From: Octopus vulgaris
Lineage: Eukaryota
Reading direction: 5' to 3'
DNA length: 64,000 nucleotides
Assembly: GCA_951406725.2 (NCBI GenBank)
Contig: OX597822.1
Location: 34,348,001-34,412,000, forward strand
Positions 55,134 to 64,000 of this stretch are shown here, in pieces. The position numbers and the translations under genes are program-made. The notes beneath the pieces are model-generated. The model did not search any database. It was not told the origin of the DNA and worked only from the letters and a program-made list of their open reading frames with translations. How positions within the stretch are numbered: position 1 is the stretch's first letter; the number at the start of each line of letters is the position of its first letter.

Positions 55134-55236
55134 TATAATTGACTACCTCGACCCCGGAGGAAGACAAATTATTGGTCTTCTTTTACAGAGCTGGAGAGGT
55201 GGAATAAGTGGTGGAAAAACACTATAAGTGAGTACC

Positions 55237-55269
<33 letters not shown>

Positions 55270-55660
55270 AATAATCAGTAGATGGCTAAACAAAGTCCAA
55301 CAGATTTATTCATGTTTATGAAATGAAGGCGATTGGATGTTAAAATGGATTTTAGTTTTTATTTTCTTATTCCTATAGAAATGTTTCTTGCAAATGGACC
55401 AAGAGAACATCGTAATGGTCAAATTTGTATTCTTCAGTAGGTGATATTTAAAAGAAAATAAAAATGAACAAGAAGACGTTTAAAATATACATAGATTATT
55501 TTTCTTAGTTATCATTATAGGGAAACTATATATTTATTCTTCCAGCCACGCTTATTTGAATCTAGACTAAAATATAATGGGACTTGGCGCTAATATATCT
55601 GTTATTTAATTTGATTTCCTCTTTATACATATATACATACATATGTATGTATACATATAC

Positions 55661-55718
<58 letters not shown>

Positions 55719-55835
55719 ATACGGATATGTATGTAAATATTTATCTGTATGCATATGAACATGTACGTATGTATAAGATGTGTATGTAGATTACAGACAT
55801 ACTTGCACACGCATACACATAGACACACACGTGCA
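55134..55835 (+). repeat. ~700-bp local duplication, copy 1
   Basis: Near-identical to 59396-60109 apart from microsatellite lengths and scattered substitutions. Confidence 0.93.
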
Positions 55836-55891
55836 TATATATACACGTGCATGTATATATGTGCATATATATGTATATATATGTATATCTG

Positions 55892-55953
<62 letters not shown>

Positions 55954-56147
55954 CGTATATATATATATGTGCGTGTGTGTGCGCGTGCGTGTGTGTGTGC
56001 GTGTGTGTGTGTGTGTGTATACACGAACATAGTAATTTAAATATGTTTTTACAGTCTCCTTGAATTTCCTTAAATATGAACATCATAATTTCGTATCTGA
56101 TATGGAAAAATAGTTTTAAGATTCTATCGCTGTCTGTGTCTGTCTGA

Positions 56148-56183
<36 letters not shown>

Positions 56184-56207
56184 ACACATATGTCTGTGTA
56201 TGTCTGA

Positions 56208-56296
<89 letters not shown>

Positions 56297-56409
56297 CTTA
56301 TATATTTAGATACATAGATAGATAAATAGGTAAATAGGGAGGCAGATATACAAATAGACAGACGGATAGATAGATCAGACAGACATATATACAGACAGAC
56401 AGACAGAAT

Positions 56410-56441
<32 letters not shown>

Positions 56442-56442
56442 T

Positions 56443-56525
<83 letters not shown>
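56410..56525. repeat. (GATA)n microsatellite
   Basis: Read directly. Confidence 0.95.
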
Positions 56526-56614
56526 ATGTGTGTGCAAAAGCATTAATATGTAACTGCCTGCTCCATAAATATACTTTTCCTTAAAACGTAAATCGATTCT
56601 GAATCACTGATATA

Positions 56615-56663
<49 letters not shown>

Positions 56664-57156
56664 GCACACACGTATTTGTGTATGTGTGTAGACATATACT
56701 TACATACCTACATACACACAAACATACACATGTATGCGTACATACATCTATTATATATATATCATTATATATGTGTGTGTGTGTGGTAGGTGGGGGTGTT
56801 TGAGTTTAAACTCGTTTCCTATTTAGATATGTTTCATTGTAATGGAGATAGATTTGCAGATATATGAATTAATACAAACACACATACAAACATAATATGT
56901 AGTCTCTCACACAGACATACATGTATATGCAAAATCTCACATACATTTACACAAGGCACACACACACACATTCCCAAACATACACACACACACTTATGTA
57001 GGCAGCGAACTGAATATAACAAATGAATGTGACAGATGTTAGTCTAACGTTTAAAGTGAAAACAATGTCTCTGACATTTCAGGCGTTATTCCTTTTTCAG
57101 GACGAAAAGAAAGAAGAGGCAAAACACGGAGAAAGGGTTCGGAAATATTTTTACAT

Positions 57157-57640
<484 letters not shown>

Positions 57641-58144
57641 AAAAATAAAATAAGTTTTTGTTCGGACAATCGCCTTCGAATGATGTGGCGTCAAGAGCAT
57701 GGTAAGAGGAAGTGCGATGAAGAAGAGGAAAAGGGTATGTCGAATTCGTAATGTTTAATGGTAGTAACATCTGCGAGTGCTGATGTATGTATGTACTGTT
57801 TATATATCCATTTATGCCGTGTAAGTGCATATAATGCAAGTTATGGGGCGCCTGAACGGTGGGGTTTGTTTGGTATGTGTTCGTGGTTTCTGTGCGTATG
57901 TGTTGTGCGCATGTACGTGTGGATGTATAATACGTATTCAACGTAGTCAAACCTAAGGATAAATGAGCAGCTACTCAAGTTTCACGTTTCCGTTTATTGC
58001 AGTCAGCGACGAAATGGAAACGAGAGTCTAAACGAGACGTACTCCACCTTTCTCTTTGAGTACATATAATTTCACTTTAAGCATTAAGTACTTAAGGTAT
58101 CAAACTGCAATTTGTATTCACATTCTCATCTACACGATTTTGTA

Positions 58145-58195
<51 letters not shown>

Positions 58196-58198
<3 letters not shown>

Positions 58199-58420
58199 CT
58201 ATGTTGATCGCCATGTTGATTCGCTAGCTTCTGCACGCATTTTTTTTCTCTCCTTATTTCTCTCCGTGTTTCTTTTCTGTGTATCTTTCTGTTGAAGAGC
58301 GTAGGCTCGAAACGTAAAAGACTTGTTTTATTTATATTCCTGAGCGCCATACTAATGCAATTGTTTGTTTGTATTCCACCTGCCTTCGTCTTTTGTTTAT
58401 TTTCATAAAGCTTCCCGTTA
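58196..58420 (+). mobile_element. Family E repeat with intact variant hammerhead motif (58284-58321)
   Basis: TCTTT-CTGTTGA-A-GAGC(GTAG)GCTC-GAAA-CG-TA-AAAGA; (TA)n on both sides. Confidence 0.82.
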
Positions 58421-58681
58421 TTATATATATATCTATATATATATATTTGTATATACATATATTTATGTTTGTGTATGTATATATATGCATGTATACACAC
58501 TCACATATATATACATAAATGGCCTCTAGTAGCTAATCAACGACAGCTTTCGTCCTATATCTATGGACTGCCATATTAGCTTGGTGATAACTGTTAATAT
58601 ATATATATGTATATATATATATATTAGACGCAGGAGTGGCTGTTTGGTAAGTAGCTTGTTTATCACGCATGCGTGAGTTTG

Positions 58682-59490
58682 TCAGTCACTTACGAGAGTG
58701 AACACTGTTAAGACGTGCTTGGAAGCCGTCTTGAATTGAAAAACCATTGAAGGCGCGACTGCAAGGTAGGCATCTGTCTTTTTAGAGATTCGGTGGGGAA
58801 TTTTTTTATATTGTTTTTTTTTCTCGAATAAGAAATGCTCACTGGGTCCTAGACCTTTTTCTGCTGCGGTCACGCCGAGTGACTCACTTAGCTGTGAAAA
58901 TTGTTGTTTTGGTGGGCGTGTCTCGATACCAAAATTTGGAATTTTTGTGTGCTGCGACGGTGAACTGGAGTACCTGTATTCTTGTGGATTACCTGAGTGG
59001 CGGGATTGTGTTGCCGTGAATTCAACTGTCTTCCTTCGTTCTTTTTCTTTGCTCTGTCTTTCTGTTCTTTTTTGTGTTTCTCTTGAACTTTTTATTTGGA
59101 ACATTTTGGATTTTGTGTTGAACATTTTTCTATATTTTTCTTTCGCAAGCGTGGCAAAAAATCACTGTATTGGAGGTGCTCATCGAAGGATCCTAGGGAT
59201 GAGGGAGGGGAGGCAAATCTCCCGGTCACGGAGGAGATGCACCCTCCCCCAGTTGAGAAGAAAGAATGAGGAAGAGGAAGAAAAACGGAACACTGCCGGC
59301 AGTCGGTGACATTGCACCGGAATGTCCCGGAACCTCGTCAGTTGTGCCACCCGCAGAGAAAGAGACACAATTGGCGGGAATTGTGCCGCTAACGGTATAA
59401 TTGACTACCTCGACCCCGGAGGAAGACAAATTATTGGTCTTCTTTTAGAGAGCTGGAGAGGTGGAATAGGTGGTGGAAAAACACTATAAG
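58682..59490 (+). mobile_element. Probable 5' end and decayed ORF1 start of a LINE (L1/Tx1-like)
   Basis: Begins TCAGTCACTTACGAGAGTGAACACTGTTAAGACGTG, followed by a T-rich leader and a GC-rich broken frame TLPAVGDIAPECPGTSS...TPEEDKLLVFF*RAGEVE*VVEKHYK. Clade assignment is inference. Confidence 0.45.
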
Positions 59491-59898
59491 TGAGTACCGT
59501 ATATATATATATAAATAATCAGTAGATGGCTAAACAAAGTCCAACAGATTTATTCATATTTATGAAATGAAAGCGATTGGATGTTAAAATGGATTTTAGT
59601 TTTTATTTTCTTATTCCTATAGAAATGGTTCTTGCAAATGGACCAAGAGAACATCGTAATGGTCAAATTTGTATTCTTCAGTAGGTGATATTTAAAGGAA
59701 AATAAAAATGAACAAAAAGACGTTTAAAATATACATAGATTATTTTTCTTAGTTATCATTATAGGGGAACTATATATTTATTCTTCCAGCCACGCTTATT
59801 TGAATCTAGACTAAAATATAATGGGACTTGGTGCTAATATATCTGTTATTTAATTTGATTTCCTCTTTATACATATATACATACATATGTATGTATAC

Positions 59899-59992
<94 letters not shown>

Positions 59993-60109
59993 ATACGGAT
60001 ATGTATGTAAATATTTATCTGTATGCATATGAGCATGTACGTGTGTATAAGATGTGTATGTAGATTACAGACATACTTGCACACGCATACACATAGACAC
60101 ACACGTGCA
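59396..60109 (+). repeat. ~700-bp local duplication, copy 2
   Basis: Matches 55134-55835. Confidence 0.93.
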
Positions 60110-60538
60110 CGCACACGCACGCGCACACACACATACACAATCAGACACATAGGCACGCACACGTACGCACACACACACACTCGCACACACCATACGCATG
60201 CGCGCCCGAACACATACCTCTAGAATTACATGTTTGTATGTATATTGCATGCGCTTATCTATCATATCCTTACTTCGAAGTTTTAAATTAGAATTTGAAT
60301 AGGGATTAACTTAATGGGGAAATCCTATATCACCATTTGAGAAAAGATCAATATCGAAGTTTAGTATTAGCATTTGCAAGCACGCATAACTATTTGCAGT
60401 GATTTACCGAGATATATCAGTTTTTCTTGAGGAGAAATTGAAAACCATAATGTTTCAACAATTAAATTTATTCCTTCTTTTTATTCCATCGCCTGATGAA
60501 CTGCGTACACAGGAATGTGTGCATACGCAAGGCATTAA

Positions 60539-60865
<327 letters not shown>

Positions 60866-62201
60866 AAATCTTAAATTTCGCACGAATTTCAAGCTAAAAT
60901 ATACTATTGGGAAAAAATATTTAGACATAAATGGTAGTTTGTATTTGGTCTTTTTTCTATGGTTAAAACCTATCATTAATTTTGGTAAATGATGATAATA
61001 ATTAACCTGTTCTTCGTTTTCTCATTTAGTTTCCGGTTTCGGTCATTGAACTGCAACTATAGTGGAGTGTTTTTTTCTAACTGATTATTCGACCAATTCC
61101 ATCTGATACTTATCTTTTAGCCTGGTTAATTACCCTGTCGAACACTTTTAGATAAACTGTGCTACGCTGGCTGCAAGGGCGTAAGCAATCTAACAGTCAT
61201 TGTCAAGCGGCAAGAGAAACAGGCAAACAAGTCGCGCGCACACACGCGTATACGAGGAGCCTTTGCAAAGCTTATAACTACGAAACGTATGGTACAAAGC
61301 ATTTGCGCTTGAATCTGAGCCATAAGGTAAGAAAGCGGCATTCTCAACCATAGTCATGACTGCGAATATGTGTGCGTATGTGTCTGTGTGTGTGTTTGTG
61401 TGTGTGCGTGCGTGTGTGTGTGTGCGTGTATTTGTATGTATACGTGCACAATAGACAATGAGGCAGATTTATGTTTATTATGTAATTGTAGGATAAATTC
61501 TCTGCTCCAGATCTACTATAAAAATCTTTCCCATGAGTCAAGGGATTTGAAAGGCCAGTCATCAAGCATGGTTTCCAAAGCATAGCTGTCTCGTTAAAGT
61601 TAGCTTCGCAATCGCATTACTCGGAGGTTGATCATAGAGCAGCGCATTGTGCAGGTTTCTTCCACGGATACTGTGCAGTAGCAATTCGTACATACATACA
61701 TACATACATACACACATACATACATACAAACATACATACAAACATACATACATACATACATACATACACACACACATACATACACACACACATACATACA
61801 TACATACATGCATACATACATACATACATGCATACATATACATACATTTATATATACTGTTGAAAGCTGTAAAAGGCTAAACAAATGGATTTTAAGATGA
61901 GGTAACATAAACTAAAAGTAAGTTACCTGGTAATATTTGTTCTTATGTGTATCCAGTATTTCGGAACATACGAGTCCCTTCTTTAGAGTTAAAAAGGAAC
62001 TGTTCTTGGTAAGATGTTTTTTGTCGAAGATTTTATGATTATATTTGATTATATTTGAATTTTCAAGCGTTTATCTCCTTCGTGAATGCTAGCGACGTCA
62101 ATTTTTATCTAATCGCTCCACAAATCAATTTTCATTACCTCTTTTCTAATATATAGTAAATGTACCTGAGTGTGTATGTTATGTAATGTATGTATACATA
62201 C

Positions 62202-62262
<61 letters not shown>

Positions 62263-62287
62263 TACACACACACACACACTTATATAG

Positions 62288-62560
62288 TGGCGGCGCGTGG
62301 GTTAGTGGTTAGGGTAATCGGCTCACGATCGTAAAGTCGTGAGTTCGATTCCTGGAAACGCGTTGTATCCTTGAGCAAGACACTCTATTTCACGCCCCTC
62401 CAGTCCACTCAGCTGGCAAAAATTAGTTGTACCTGTAATTCAAAAGGCCGGCCTTCGTCGCATTCAACGTCACGCTAAATCTTCTTGAGAACTACATTAA
62501 GTGTTCGCGTGTCTGTAGAGGGTCAGTCATTTGCACGTTAATTTCATGTGCAGACTGATA
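62288..62560 (+). mobile_element. tRNA-derived SINE with D-like head/core and C-like body
   Basis: GGCGCGTGGGTTAGTGGTTAGGG..GAGTTCGATTCC..CTTGAGCAAGACAC (as in 29147), then GTCACGCTAAATCTTCTTGAGAACTACATTAAG (as in ~17875). Confidence 0.8.
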
Positions 62561-62593
62561 GAAACACTAGAAAGATTTTCAGTTACTTTGGTT

Positions 62594-63004
62594 ACTCTAT
62601 TACTCTTTTACTTGTTTCAGTCATTTGACTGCGGCCATGCTGGAGCACCGCCTTTAATCGAGCAACTCGACCCCGGGACTTATTCTTTTGTAAGCCCAAT
62701 ACTTATTCTATCCGTCTCTTTTGCCGAACCGCTAAGTAACGGGGACATAAATACACCAGCATCGTTTGTCAAGCAATGCTAGGGGGACAAACACAGACAC
62801 ACAAACACACACACGCATATATATATATATATACATATATACGACGGGCTTCTTTCAGTTTCCGTCTACCAAATCCACTCACAAGGCTTTGGTCGGCACG
62901 AGGCTATAGTAGAAGACACTTGCCCAAGGTGCCACGCAGTGGGACTAAACCCGGAACCATGTGGTTGGTAAACAAGCTACTTACCACACAGCCACTCCTG
63001 CGCC
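62594..63004 (-). mobile_element. SINE family A, full length, with 26-bp TSD
   Basis: TAGAAAGATTTTC(A/T)GTTACTTTGGTT at 62568-62593 and 63005-63030. Confidence 0.92.
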
Positions 63005-63696
63005 TAGAAAGATTTTCTGTTACTTTGGTTCTCCAAGTTTTCTATATACTTATTTGGTATTCGTCTTGTGAAGAGAAAAACAATGTATGAGTGGTACAAC
63101 AGTATATTTTTGGTGTATTTGAGATATATGGAGTGTTTCTAGGGGAAAAAGATGTAGAATAAGGAGTGTTAGAGGAAAAAAGAAAAAGAGTGGAAGGAGG
63201 GATGAGAGGATAAGAGGTAGAAAATGAACATTTATATGATCATGGTAAACAGAAGGGATGCCGAAGAAATTTTTCTTGCTTAACAGTTAAATCTATGTAG
63301 AAGCTATTTGAATGGTTCAAGAGGTTATTGGTTTCTATATTATTGTTAGAGTTCATTCAAGCATATATGTAAGCACAGCTGTTGCAACTTAATTTTCTAT
63401 TGGTGTAGCGGTCGTAGATGGTGACACGGGTTGATGGTTTGCGTTGAAAGCTTTGTTGCGTTATATCGGAAGTTTACTGCTGCTTGGTTATATTTAGAGT
63501 AGGAAATTACCAGTTTATTTTTGCCTTTTATTTGAGTTCCTTCAAGCATCTATGTAGATATATGGGCGACGGGGTCGATTTTTATAGGAGCTATATGTTA
63601 AAGGGTTGCCTTTAAACATATCTTATAACCGAAAAAGAATTTTCCAGGAACTGGCTTTGCAGATAAATATAGGAGTTATTATTTCATGTTTATAAA

Positions 63697-63885
63697 GCGG
63701 TGAGCTGGCAAAGTCGTTACCACGCCGGACAAAATGCTTAGCATTCTGAGATCAAATGCCACCGTGGTCGAATTTGCCTTTCACCCTTTTGGTATCGATA
63801 AATTAAGTACCAGTAAAATACTGAGGTCAATATAATCGACTTACTCCCTTCCACGTAACAAAGTTTTCAGGCCGTGAGCCTATAG
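63697..63885 (+). mobile_element. SINE family B-related copy with a different 3' end
   Basis: GCGGTGAGCTGGCAAAGTCGTTA...TCGATAAATTAAGTACCAG...AATCGACTTA. Confidence 0.75.
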
Positions 63886-63952
63886 TAATGTTGTTTCATG
63901 TATGTATACATATTGAAGCTAATACGAATTTTTCATCGTTAGATTATAGATA

Positions 63953-64000
63953 TACGAGGGGTGCTTAAAAGTAACCGGAAACGTTCTTTGTGGGACAAGC
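63953..64000. mobile_element. Possible mariner TIR running off the window edge
   Basis: TACGAGGGGTGCTTAAAAGTAACCGGAA resembles mariner TA-CGAGGG...AAAAGT termini. Confidence 0.5.

Noticed and set aside
58682-59309. 147-aa (minus) and 120-aa (plus) ORFs
   Set aside because: No recognisable domain; better explained as the leader and decayed ORF1 of a retroelement.
60491-60533. GCCTGATGAA followed by a TGCGTA...TACGCA hairpin
   Set aside because: No GAAA or NUH half follows; at best a deleted hammerhead relic.

Overview
AT-rich, microsatellite-saturated eukaryotic non-coding DNA; the SINE repertoire suggests a cephalopod, probably Octopus (inference, not searched). No host protein-coding gene can be supported. 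Nearly all listed ORFs are translations of (TA)n/(CA)n/(TATC)n/(ATC)n repeats or of SINEs. The window holds four tRNA-type SINE families, decayed CR1-group, R4/Dong-type and probable L1/Tx1-type LINE fragments, a complete 393-bp RTE-derived short element with a TSD, Tc1/mariner and pogo/Tigger relics, and a Penelope-like GIY-YIG remnant. The main signal is RNA-level: several type I hammerhead ribozyme (HHR) motifs. (1) A 480-bp non-coding tandem-plus-inverted array at 1561-3095 carries one complete HHR per monomer and resembles a retrozyme. (2) A canonical minimal HHR at 728-762 lies downstream of the Penelope endonuclease remnant. (3) A dispersed ~190-220-bp, (TA)n-flanked family has five copies, four with a non-canonical core CUGUNGA (A6U) and a variable N7. 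(4) Several decayed HHR-like motifs lie in structured or inverted-repeat elements. All folds were paired by eye; activity is untested.
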